Shown piece by piece: positions 1 through 11,697 of a DNA stretch of 64,000 bases (the first letter of the stretch is position 1; each line of letters opens with the position of its first letter). The DNA comes from Chlamydiia bacterium (GTDB lineage: Bacteria > Chlamydiota > Chlamydiia > Chlamydiales > RGXB01): NCBI GenBank assembly GCA_040382515.1, contig JBEIFH010000002.1, forward strand, positions 1 through 64,000. Reading direction: 5' to 3'. The notes beneath the pieces were generated by a model, which saw only the letters and a program-made list of their open reading frames with translations, had not been told where the DNA came from and did no database searches. Made by a program: the position numbers and the translations under genes.

Positions 1-606
1 AAAAGGGAGCTCGAGGAGGTTTCGGATCAGTTTTTTGGGTTTTAAGACATGGGGATGGGCTATAAATGCTTTCCCCTTCGCCTCGTGTATGAGGGCTATT
101 GCATCGGCAGTTGAGGGGAATCCGCCCATTACAAAAGCCGGTTTTCCTTCCCCTAACAAAAGATCAAACGCGTCACGCATAGTTGAAAAATACCCCCCTT
201 CGATCAACTTCTGCGCTATGTGGGGTCTACCAAGATTTTCTTTATCCTCCCAATCGATGTTGTAACCCAAATCTCTAAGAAGTTCGACCATTTTTCGGTT
301 CCGATCGACCCTTCTCTCTTGTGTTTGATCAATAAATCTGTTGATGGCTGATGCGTGGATGTCTATATCGTATCCCAGGATATGTACCGAAGTGTCCCTG
401 AATACTGTCGAGATCTCAATCCCCGTACCTAAAAAGATATTCTTTTTTTTGGCGTAGCCCATGACATCTTTTGTATACGCATCGATCGTATCATGATCGG
501 TAAAGCAGATCCCCGGAACTCCCCGCTTCACCGCCTCATCGATAAGCTCAAATGGTGTCAGTTGCCCATCGGATGCTGTGGTATGTGTGTGTAGGTCGTA
601 AAACAT
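1..606 (-). CDS. PHP-domain (TrpH/YciV-like) metal-dependent phosphoesterase, 3' end runs off the window
   Basis: Not in ORF track. Manual translation from ATG at 606: MFYDLHTHTTASDGQLTPFELIDEAVKRGVPGICFTDHDTIDAY, with the PHP motifs DLHxH/SDG and TDHD. Overlaps the murB end. Confidence 0.9.
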   Translation of the reverse strand, partial: MFYDLHTHTTASDGQLTPFELIDEAVKRGVPGICFTDHDTIDAYTKDVMGYAKKKNIFLGTGIEISTVFRDTSVHILGYDIDIHASAINRFIDQTQERRVDRNRKMVELLRDLGYNIDWEDKENLGRPHIAQKLIEGGYFSTMRDAFDLLLGEGKPAFVMGGFPSTADAIALIHEAKGKAFIAHPHVLKPKKLIRNLLELPF

Positions 607-1469
607 GGGAGTACTTCCAGCTCCAGCTCAATGCCGGTTTGTTTTTTTACTTCATAACGGATATGCTGCATCAATTCAAGAATATCTTGCGTAGTAGCCG
701 TACCGATATTCTCAAAGAAATTGGCGTGTTTCATCGACACTTGCACCCCACCTATTTTCCTCCCCTTTAGTCCAAGGGAATCAATCAATCGGCCTGCAGA
801 ATTCCCCTGAGGGTTTTTAAACATGCAACCGGCTGTCGGAACGGTGTAAGGTTGAGCATCAAGCCTATTTTTCAAAATAGTTTGTCTTTTATTTTCCGCT
901 TCACTGTCTTTGAATAAGGAGAATACCGCCTCGTAGATCACCTCGTTTTTGGATCTAAAAGGGCTGGTACGATATCCAAACTCCAGCGTTTTTGCCTCAT
1001 ATGTATGCTCGACACCATCGTAATCGATAGTTTTGACAATCAAAAGCCTGGAAGCGGTATCGGCCTTCGACGCACCCGCATTCATAGCAATGCAGCCCCC
1101 TACAGTGCCGGGTATCCCTGAAAAGAACTCTAGACCTCCGTAGCCCATCTTAGAGACTTTTTGGGATAAATAGGAGACGTTCACACCAGCCCCTACACAG
1201 ACCTTTTCATCATCAAAACAAATAGCGTTTAATTTATTTTGGACAAAAATAGCCTCAAGTTGCCCATCCCCCATCAACAGATTCGACCCTTTGCCAAGAA
1301 TAAAAATAGGGTAGTTTACGGTTTTACGAAAAGCAAGAACCTCTTTTAGATCCTCTAGAGTGCTCACACTGGCAAAATACCTTGCGGTTCCGCCAACCTT
1401 AAGCGTTGTGTAAGGCTTAAGACTTATGTTCTCTCGCACTATAGAGGGTATCCATGATGGCGTTGACAT
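558..1469 (-). CDS. murB: UDP-N-acetylenolpyruvoylglucosamine reductase
   Basis: TTLKVGG, GKGSNLL, GIPGTVGG..MNAGA, GCMFKNP, KHANF, LELEV motifs. Confidence 0.97.
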   Translation of the reverse strand: MSTPSWIPSIVRENISLKPYTTLKVGGTARYFASVSTLEDLKEVLAFRKTVNYPIFILGKGSNLLMGDGQLEAIFVQNKLNAICFDDEKVCVGAGVNVSYLSQKVSKMGYGGLEFFSGIPGTVGGCIAMNAGASKADTASRLLIVKTIDYDGVEHTYEAKTLEFGYRTSPFRSKNEVIYEAVFSLFKDSEAENKRQTILKNRLDAQPYTVPTAGCMFKNPQGNSAGRLIDSLGLKGRKIGGVQVSMKHANFFENIGTATTQDILELMQHIRYEVKKQTGIELELEVLPCFTTYTHIPQHPMGN

Positions 1470-1833
1470 AACCGGCCCCCTCCTTGCTTCCGTATTTCTT
1501 TGCTAACCTGATCGATTCTGCTATAGCTACTTTTTCCGGGATCTCGGGGTCAAAAAGCATCTCATAAGCGCATAATTCTATGGCAACCCGTTCAGCTCTG
1601 GTGATCCTATCTGCATCATATTCTTTAGAAGATTTTTGAATAGCTTGATCTATGGTATCAACTTTTTCTAAAATTTTCTCGTATCGGGAGAAAGCCTCCA
1701 TGACATTTTTTTTCGTTGTTTTATGGAAATGCATCAAGGACTTGCACAAAAGTTCCACCTCATCGGTAGATTCGGGGTGTGCAAACAAAAAGTGAAATAC
1801 GATTTCTCGAAATTTTGATTGATTGAGAGACAT
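1417..1833 (-). CDS. nusB: Transcription antitermination factor NusB
   Basis: IPEKVAIAESIRLAKKYG..GYVNAIMD motif; nusB-murB order is typical of chlamydiae. Confidence 0.93.
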   Translation of the reverse strand: MSLNQSKFREIVFHFLFAHPESTDEVELLCKSLMHFHKTTKKNVMEAFSRYEKILEKVDTIDQAIQKSSKEYDADRITRAERVAIELCAYEMLFDPEIPEKVAIAESIRLAKKYGSKEGAGYVNAIMDTLYSAREHKS

Positions 1834-1840
1834 GCGAGAC

Positions 1841-1869
1841 AGTATACCTTAGAGAATTTCTAGAAACAA
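1841..1869 (-). promoter_or_regulatory. Putative sigma66/70 promoter for nusB-murB (near-leaderless)
   Basis: Minus strand TTGTTT-17 nt-TATACT, ending 7 nt before the nusB ATG. Confidence 0.5.
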
Positions 1870-1902
1870 GCGAATTTATCGCCCTTATAAAGGCTCAAAA
1901 TT

Positions 1903-2568
1903 TCACCCGTTTTCAATTTTAAACTTTGCATAGAGAGCCTCGAGGATATGTTTTTTCTTGATAGGGAGATTTTGAGCTTTTTGCCCCTCAATAGTCCATA
2001 GCAGAGTCTTTTCATCCAGCTCATGCATCACCTCTTCTCCCCCCTGCATGTCCACAAAAGAAAAAGTTTCAGCCAAGGGCTGCACCTCAAGGTGAAATTC
2101 TGAAAACGGAAGAGAAAAGTTGGGGGTGGGAGGTTTTTCAGAAGGCTCGTCTTCTAAAAAAATTTTTTTTAGCCTTGAAAGAACTGTAGGGAGCAAAGGG
2201 GCCGAAGAATCCGAAATCAAAATAAATTTTGCAAAGGGAGGATGCTCTTCGAGTACTTTCAAGAGTGCATTTTGATGCACTGGCAACATGGTATCAACCT
2301 GATCCAGCACAAAATAGCGGACCTTTTCTTCAAACGGAGGTAACATCGCTTCTTGCACCAGGGATCGAATCGTATCCATGGAGTAGGTTTTAGATCCCGA
2401 TTCGGGGGAGAAAACAAGCAAATCGGGGTGATCGACACAAGTTCGAGATAAAAAAGTGCGGCATAAATCCACTACCTCTTCGATACGTCCTTGATTCTTT
2501 TCTGAGACAATCAATAAAGGGGTTAAAAGATCTTTTTGTCCTTTTAACTTTTCAAAGACCGGATGCAA
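1903..2568 (-). CDS. holB: DNA polymerase III delta' subunit (short)
   Basis: HPDL, QNALLKVLEE, LLPTVLSR motifs; follows tmk. Confidence 0.85.
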   Translation of the reverse strand: MHPVFEKLKGQKDLLTPLLIVSEKNQGRIEEVVDLCRTFLSRTCVDHPDLLVFSPESGSKTYSMDTIRSLVQEAMLPPFEEKVRYFVLDQVDTMLPVHQNALLKVLEEHPPFAKFILISDSSAPLLPTVLSRLKKIFLEDEPSEKPPTPNFSLPFSEFHLEVQPLAETFSFVDMQGGEEVMHELDEKTLLWTIEGQKAQNLPIKKKHILEALYAKFKIENG

Positions 2569-3184
2569 TCAAACCTCTCAATTGCGCCTCCATAGCCTTT
2601 GTGACCTGATCTATCGAGTGCTGCGCCGGTATTATCTTGATCCTTTGGGGATCTCGAAGAGAGGCCTTGAGGTAGCGGGCTAAGACAGTCTCCATATAAA
2701 GGTTGGATCTTGACTCTATTTTATCCGTTTCGGATCTGTGTCTCCTGCGGTGCAAAGCAACTTCAAGAGGGATGTCAAAATATAAGGTGAGATCCGGCTT
2801 GAGCCCCCCTGTTGCAAATTCATTCAACGAATCCAGGGTTTCAAAGGAGTAGTCATGTTGGTAGGCAAGGGTAGAATCGATAAAGCGGTCGCATAACACA
2901 ATTTTCCCCTGCTCTAAAGCGGGCACGATGACCTGGCGTACATGCTCCGATCGGTCCAACATAAACATCAATACCTCGGAGCGCTGAATTTTAGCGCCTT
3001 CCTCCAAAAGCAGGGATCTGAGGTGTTTGCCAATCATGGTACCTCCGGGCTCTTTGGTCTCTACAACCTCGAACCCGTTCTCTCGAAAAAATCGGGCAGC
3101 CTTTAATAGCTGCGTCGATTTTCCACACCCGTCAATCCCTTCAAAACTGATAAAAAGGGAATTATGCGCCACTCTCTTCTCCAT
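2552..3184 (-). CDS. tmk: Thymidylate kinase
   Basis: FEGIDGCGKST P-loop, KEPGG, CDRFIDSTLAYQ. Start moved to ATG 3184 (ORF track gives 3226). Confidence 0.96.
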   Translation of the reverse strand: MEKRVAHNSLFISFEGIDGCGKSTQLLKAARFFRENGFEVVETKEPGGTMIGKHLRSLLLEEGAKIQRSEVLMFMLDRSEHVRQVIVPALEQGKIVLCDRFIDSTLAYQHDYSFETLDSLNEFATGGLKPDLTLYFDIPLEVALHRRRHRSETDKIESRSNLYMETVLARYLKASLRDPQRIKIIPAQHSIDQVTKAMEAQLRGLIASGL

Positions 3185-5612
3185 CACTGATCCTTTGAAC
3201 AGCAACAAGTTTATCATCCACCCCAAGGTTCACCAGAGTGACCCCTTGCGTTGACCGACCCATAACACGGATATCTTTGATGGAGGTTCTCAATGTTTGC
3301 CCCCCTTCAGACATCATGAGGATCCCATCTTTTTCATCCACTCTAAGTGCTGCAACAAGATAGCCGTTACGCTTGTTGATCATGATGGCTCGTACCCCTT
3401 TACCTCCCCTGTTTGTATGGCGGAACTCTTCCACGTCGGAACGTTTACCGAATCCGTTTTCACAAACAAGAAGAAGTGTGTCGGTAGGTTTCACGACCTC
3501 ACACGATACGACATAGTCCTCTTTATCCTTCAAGGTCACTCCGCGCACACCACGCGCCACACGCCCCATCGGACGGCATTTGTCCTCATCAAAGCGCACA
3601 GCCATACCGTCGCGGGTAAAAAGCATCACCTGCTCTTTTTCCTGCACGAGCCTTGCCGAGATCACCTCATCCCCCTCGTCGATTGCGATCGCATAGACCC
3701 CTTTCTTTCTTGGGGAACTATACGCATCCAACAGAGTCTTTTTGATTGTCCCCTGCTTTGTAGCGAATATGACAGCACCGGGATCCTCAAAAGATTTGAT
3801 GTTCAAAATCGCAGCGATACGCTCATCTTTTGTCAATCCCTCTAAAAGATTGATAAGAGGCTTGCCCTTAGAACGACGATTCCCTTCAGGAACCTGCCAA
3901 ACCTTGAGCCAGTAGCATCGGCCGAGGCTAGTGAACACCAGTAATGTGTCATGCGTGTCTACAATGTAGACATCTTTCACCGCATCGGTCTCTTTTTTGA
4001 GATCCGCACCGATCACTCCGCTTCCACCCCGCTTTTGCTCGCGGAAGGTATCAATCGGCATTCTCTTAATATAGTCATCCGATGAGATCGTGATCACAAC
4101 AGTCTCGTTGGGGATCAGATCTTCCATCTGCAACTCCCCTTCTGCTGCGACGATTTTAGTCGCTCTTAGCCCTTTATGGGTTCTTTCGATATCAGAGAGT
4201 TCTTCCTTGATGATCCCCCGCACAAGTTTCTCGTCTGCTAAAATCGCGCGCAAGTGTTCGATTTTAAGGATAAGATCTTTGTACTCGTTTTCAATTTTTT
4301 CACGCTCAAGACCAGTAAGCTGATATAATCTCAGTTCTAAAATGGCATCGGCCTGCCGCTCTGAAAACTGATAGGTCTGAATCAATTCGACTCGAGCTAC
4401 ATGACGATCAGGCGCCTGGCGAATCATTTTGACAATCTCATCCAGATGGTCGAGAGCCTTTAGGTAGCCTTCAAGAATATGGGCCCTGGCTTCCGCTTTA
4501 TTAAGCTCGAACCGGGTGCGACGCTGCACAACCTCGATACGGTGCGTAATCCAGGCTTGCATCATTTGCTTGATATTCATCGTCTTGGGAAGACCGTTAT
4601 CAAGCGCCAGCATGTTGCAGCCAAAAGTTATCTGTAAATCGGTAAATTTGTACAACTGGTTGATGGTGACGTCAGGTATTTCTCCCCGCTTTAATTCCAA
4701 GACAATCCTCAAACCGTCCTTATCCGATTCATCACGGATATCGGAAATTCCGGCCATGGTCTTATCGTTGATCAGTTCGGCAATCCGCTCGATCAAAAGG
4801 GCCTTGTTCACATTGTACGGCAGCTCATCGATAATAATTCTAGAACGGTCCCCTTCCAACTCTTCAGTTCGTAAAACACCTCTAAGGGTCAGTTTACCGC
4901 GACCTGTATAGTAGGCCTCTTTGATGCCCCGATACCCGCAGATTGTCCCTCCGGTAGGGAAATCGGGACCGGGCATCACCTCCATGATCTGGTCGATGGA
5001 AAGATTCGGATCGTCAACCAATAATTGTACGGCTCGAGAAAGTTCCAACAAGTTATGGGGCGGAATGTTTGTTGCCATACCCACAGCGATTCCCGACGAT
5101 CCGTTGCATAGAAGGTTCGGAAATTTTGAGGGAAATACGGTAGGTTCTTTCTTTGTCTCGTCGTAGTTAGGGACAAAATCTACCGTCTCCTTATCAAGAT
5201 CTTCCATCAGCGCAACCGACGCATGGGTCAGTCTCGCTTCGGTATAACGCATTGCAGCAGGGGGATCTCCATCGATCGAGCCGAAGTTTCCCTGGCCGTT
5301 GACAAGGGTGTAACGCATCACCCAGTCCTGCGCCATCCTCACCAGGGTCGGATAGATCACCGACTCTCCGTGCGGATGGTAGTCACCTGAGGTATCACCC
5401 GATATTTTTGCACATTTTCTGTGCTTGCCGCCGGGACTTAAATTCAATTGGCGCATCGCATACAAAATTCGTCTTTGTGATGGCTTAAGCCCGTCCCGAA
5501 CATCGGGAAGAGCTCTAGAAATAATGACCGACATTGAGTATCGAAGATAACTCTCTTTAAGCTCCTCTTCGACATTCCGGTTTACAATCTGCTCATTTTC
5601 CGTATATGACAT
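3162..5612 (-). CDS. gyrA: DNA gyrase subunit A
   Basis: RALPDVRDGLKP, YHPHG, AAMRYTE active site, GyrA-box QKRGGSG. Confidence 0.99.
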   Translation of the reverse strand: MSYTENEQIVNRNVEEELKESYLRYSMSVIISRALPDVRDGLKPSQRRILYAMRQLNLSPGGKHRKCAKISGDTSGDYHPHGESVIYPTLVRMAQDWVMRYTLVNGQGNFGSIDGDPPAAMRYTEARLTHASVALMEDLDKETVDFVPNYDETKKEPTVFPSKFPNLLCNGSSGIAVGMATNIPPHNLLELSRAVQLLVDDPNLSIDQIMEVMPGPDFPTGGTICGYRGIKEAYYTGRGKLTLRGVLRTEELEGDRSRIIIDELPYNVNKALLIERIAELINDKTMAGISDIRDESDKDGLRIVLELKRGEIPDVTINQLYKFTDLQITFGCNMLALDNGLPKTMNIKQMMQAWITHRIEVVQRRTRFELNKAEARAHILEGYLKALDHLDEIVKMIRQAPDRHVARVELIQTYQFSERQADAILELRLYQLTGLEREKIENEYKDLILKIEHLRAILADEKLVRGIIKEELSDIERTHKGLRATKIVAAEGELQMEDLIPNETVVITISSDDYIKRMPIDTFREQKRGGSGVIGADLKKETDAVKDVYIVDTHDTLLVFTSLGRCYWLKVWQVPEGNRRSKGKPLINLLEGLTKDERIAAILNIKSFEDPGAVIFATKQGTIKKTLLDAYSSPRKKGVYAIAIDEGDEVISARLVQEKEQVMLFTRDGMAVRFDEDKCRPMGRVARGVRGVTLKDKEDYVVSCEVVKPTDTLLLVCENGFGKRSDVEEFRHTNRGGKGVRAIMINKRNGYLVAALRVDEKDGILMMSEGGQTLRTSIKDIRVMGRSTQGVTLVNLGVDDKLVAVQRISDGEESGA

Positions 5613-5615
5613 ACT

Positions 5616-8093
<2,478 letters not shown>

Positions 8094-8432
8094 CTAACCC
8101 ACCCTAAATACGATATTATTGAAACTGTGTTTGGGACATTTTACTCTTAATTGAGATAGAATCCTCCCTTTTTCCCTAGACTGTAGAAGGCTTAAAAAAG
8201 TTCCGTTTTTCACGATCACAAATAAAACTCCGTCATGAAAACTTTTCGCTTGCGCAATCTTGGACAATTCACTTCCGAGAATTTCCTGGAACGCTTCCAA
8301 AACAACATTCGGCCGCTGTTCCTGAGTCTCGTCAATCCGCTCCATGATTTTTGGAAGAAGACGTTTCAAGGTGCGACCCGTAGGCAGGGGGCCGTCATAC
8401 CCAAAAGGAACTCGTTTAATTCCACGACTCAT
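8094..8432 (-). CDS. DUF721/DciA-family protein
   Basis: AKSFHDGVLFVIVKN..IVFRVG pattern; position directly upstream of gyrB. Likely start ATG 8432 (ORF track 8477). Confidence 0.75.
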   Translation of the reverse strand: MSRGIKRVPFGYDGPLPTGRTLKRLLPKIMERIDETQEQRPNVVLEAFQEILGSELSKIAQAKSFHDGVLFVIVKNGTFLSLLQSREKGRILSQLRVKCPKHSFNNIVFRVG

Positions 8433-8573
8433 TGATAACTTCCAATTGTAGTCTAACCTACTCAAAACTGCAACCATGAAGATAGGCCTCTGTTTTTATT
8501 TTTAAATCCTCTTTAAGAAGAGAAGTTGAAAAATCCGCTTGATAACTTTTAGTTTATGAGATGAAATAGACCC

Positions 8574-9818
8574 ATGAAAGTTTTCTTGATTATATCCTTT
8601 TTTATTTTATCTTTTGGCCTGTTTGGGGAACAACCAGCAAAAATCATGATCTTCTATACAGAAGCCGGTGGAGGGCACAAAACGACCGCCAAAGCATTGC
8701 AGTCCGCTCTGGAGGAGAAATTTGAAGGGTCTGAAATTATTTTGCTCAACACAGGCGATAACCTTGGTAATCTCATCGAAAACCTCCGTTTCAAATCGTT
8801 GGAAACAATTTATACCCAAAACCTGGGTTCCCCTTTCGGCAGATGCCTCAATCGGCTCGTTGGCGATTGGATCATCGGCCCTATCACTAAAACACTCGAA
8901 TTTCTGGGCGAAAGACAAATCAGCCTGCACAAAGATGACCATCCCCTTATCCGCTTTTTTAAAAAGGAAAAGCCCGACCTTGTGATCTCGACCTCATCGT
9001 TTACAAACAAGTTTATCAAAACCGCTCTTGAATATGCTGATATTTCGGCCCCTTTTATTGTTGTGATGAGCGATTTTGATGAGGTGCAAGAGGTGATGTG
9101 GACAAGCCCCGGAAACGGTACAAATTATATCATCCGAACCCACGCAAAACTCAAAAACAACATAGATCCCAAGTACCTGTTCCCCATCTCCGGGATGTGC
9201 ATACGCTCCGATTTTACCCCGAAAAAGTCAAAATCATATGAAATTTTTCAAGAGTTGAAGCTAAGCATTATTAAACCTACTGCACTGGTCTCCTTTGGTG
9301 GGCATGGGAGTGAAGAGATGCATGATCTTTTGAGCTACTTTAACCTCAACCAGGATTTGCAGGCGATATTTGTTTGCGGTTCAAACAGCAAACTATATAA
9401 AAGTTTGTCCGAAAACGTGGGTCCTAACTGTAGAATTTTAGGCTTTGTTGAAAACATGCATACGTACATGCAGGCCTGTCATGTCCTGATCGGCAAGCCG
9501 GGCCCCGGGACTGTGACAGAGGCTGCCCACACGCACCTACCTCTCTTTTTAAAATCTGGACTGGATCTGATGAAGCAGGAAATAAGCGTCCTTGATTGGG
9601 TTCTCGAGGAGAGGTTTGGGCAAAGCTGGGATTCTTTCGAAGAATTTCAAAATAAATTCCCTTATATCCTTTCAAATTTACACTTATATAAAAAAAATCT
9701 TGAGGCCAAGGCTTTAAAAAACCCCACGGCCGAGGCGGTGGAGCATATCGAGAAAATTTTTAACGACTCGCTCCCTGAAATTCCGCAGGCAAAAATGGCA
9801 AACTATACCTTTTATTAA
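8574..9818 (+). CDS. GT28 / MGDG-synthase-like (UgtP-like) glycosyltransferase with hydrophobic N-terminus
   Basis: AGGGHKTTA, KPDLVIS, FGGHG, VCGSN, GFVENM, GKPGPGTVTEA motifs. Confidence 0.82.
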   Translation: MKVFLIISFFILSFGLFGEQPAKIMIFYTEAGGGHKTTAKALQSALEEKFEGSEIILLNTGDNLGNLIENLRFKSLETIYTQNLGSPFGRCLNRLVGDWIIGPITKTLEFLGERQISLHKDDHPLIRFFKKEKPDLVISTSSFTNKFIKTALEYADISAPFIVVMSDFDEVQEVMWTSPGNGTNYIIRTHAKLKNNIDPKYLFPISGMCIRSDFTPKKSKSYEIFQELKLSIIKPTALVSFGGHGSEEMHDLLSYFNLNQDLQAIFVCGSNSKLYKSLSENVGPNCRILGFVENMHTYMQACHVLIGKPGPGTVTEAAHTHLPLFLKSGLDLMKQEISVLDWVLEERFGQSWDSFEEFQNKFPYILSNLHLYKKNLEAKALKNPTAEAVEHIEKIFNDSLPEIPQAKMANYTFY

Positions 9819-9868
9819 AGATTTGTGCTATGATTCTGAGCCTAAACAATTTTTTTATTGAAAAGGCT

Positions 9869-11686
9869 ATGACCCAACGCAAAAACATCCGCAATATTGC
9901 TATTATTGCCCACATCGACCACGGAAAGACCACCCTGATCGATCAACTCCTAAAACAGGCGAACCTCTTTAGAGAAAATGAGGCCACCGATGAGCGAATG
10001 ATGGATTCGAACGACCTGGAAAAGGAACGTGGTATCACCATTTTTGCCAAGCACACCAGCCTCCCCTTCAAAGACACGATCATCAACATCATCGACACAC
10101 CGGGCCACGCCGATTTCAGCGGTGAAGTGGAGCGTGTTTTGGGGATGGTGCAGTCTGTTCTTCTGCTTGTGGATGCACAAGAAGGGCCCATGCCGCAAAC
10201 CCGTTTCGTTTTAAGCAAATCCTTGAAAATGGGTCTCAAACCCATCTTGGTGATCAACAAAATCGACAAACCGAACGCCAATGTGGACCGAGCCCTAAAC
10301 CTGACTTTCGATCTTTTTGTTGAGCTCGGGGCGAATGACGCGCAATTAGACTTCAAACATATCTATGCATCCGGAATTGGCGGATATGCGATCAACGATA
10401 TAGCCGACGAAAAAAAGGATATGACTCCCCTTTTCGATTTGATTGTAAACGCAGTAGAGCCCCCATCGGGCGATGAAAACGGCCTCTTTTTAATGCAGGT
10501 CAGTACTCTCTCTTATTCAGACTACCTAGGACGCCAAGTAACAGGGCGCGTTCTCAGTGGCTCCGTGAAACCGGGACAGCTGGTTTTGCTCTCGGGAAGC
10601 AACGGGAAATCGGAAAGCTATAAGGTCACTAAGGTTGAGGGGTACCGAGGGATTAAAAAGGTGGAATTCCAGGAAGGCTCCACAGGTGACATTATTTGTA
10701 TCAGCGGCCTTACCAACGCCATGATCGGCGACACCGTAAGTGATCCCAATAACCATGAAAGGCTCCCACCTATTCCTCTTGATGAGCCCACAATCTCTGT
10801 CAAATTTATGGTGAACTCAAGCCCTCTGGTAGGTAAAGAGGGAAAGCATGTCACCATGAATAAAATTCGTGAACGCCTGCTCAAAGAGAAAAGGGCAAAC
10901 ATCTCCTACCGTATCAATGACTCGGGAGATGATGCTATCGAAGTTTGTGGTCGCGGGGAGCTCCACTTGTCGGTATTGATAGAGACCATGCGTAGGGAAG
11001 GATACGAATTTTCGATCTCAAAACCGGTAGTTGTCTTGAAGAAAATTGAGGGGGAAATCCACGAGCCATTTGAAAGAGTCTTTATCGAAGTCCCTGAAGA
11101 ATTTTCCGGTTCTATTATCGAGACCCTTTCCAAGAGAAAAGGTGAGATGCAAAATCTATCCACAAATGAGCACGGCATCAGCTCTATTGAGTTTATCATG
11201 CCGATGCGTGGGTTGATGGGGTATCGCAGCGATTTTCTTACCCAAACAAAAGGAAAAGGGATTCTTACCTCTCTTTTCCACTCCTATGAGCCGCATAAAG
11301 GGGAGATTGAGGGACGTCATAACGGCGTGCTGATTTCCAATTCTATGGGCCAAGCAACCGCGTACTCGATCTTCTCCCTTCAAGAAAGAGGGATCATGTT
11401 CATTCAACCGGGTCAAGAGATCTATGAAGGGATGGTTATTGGCGAACACAATAGGGATAACGATCTTGTTGTCAACCCGGTGCGCGGAAAACAATTGACA
11501 AATGTCCGCGCTTCAGGTTCTGATGAGAATATCATCCTCACTCCTCCTCGCATCCTAAACCTTGAACAAGCGATTGACTTTATTGAAGTGGATGAATTGA
11601 TTGAGGTCACCCCAAAAAGCATCCGTTTGCGTAAACAGGAGCTGACCGAAAACGAACGTAAACGCAGAGGGCGCAGCGCCCTCTAA
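9869..11686 (+). CDS. typA: Translational GTPase TypA/BipA
   Basis: IAHIDHGKTTL, ERGITI, DTPGHADF, GRGELHL, KQLTNVRASG, EVTPKSIRLRK. Start probably ATG 9869. Confidence 0.98.
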   Translation: MTQRKNIRNIAIIAHIDHGKTTLIDQLLKQANLFRENEATDERMMDSNDLEKERGITIFAKHTSLPFKDTIINIIDTPGHADFSGEVERVLGMVQSVLLLVDAQEGPMPQTRFVLSKSLKMGLKPILVINKIDKPNANVDRALNLTFDLFVELGANDAQLDFKHIYASGIGGYAINDIADEKKDMTPLFDLIVNAVEPPSGDENGLFLMQVSTLSYSDYLGRQVTGRVLSGSVKPGQLVLLSGSNGKSESYKVTKVEGYRGIKKVEFQEGSTGDIICISGLTNAMIGDTVSDPNNHERLPPIPLDEPTISVKFMVNSSPLVGKEGKHVTMNKIRERLLKEKRANISYRINDSGDDAIEVCGRGELHLSVLIETMRREGYEFSISKPVVVLKKIEGEIHEPFERVFIEVPEEFSGSIIETLSKRKGEMQNLSTNEHGISSIEFIMPMRGLMGYRSDFLTQTKGKGILTSLFHSYEPHKGEIEGRHNGVLISNSMGQATAYSIFSLQERGIMFIQPGQEIYEGMVIGEHNRDNDLVVNPVRGKQLTNVRASGSDENIILTPPRILNLEQAIDFIEVDELIEVTPKSIRLRKQELTENERKRRGRSAL

Positions 11687-11697
11687 TCGAGGAGCAT

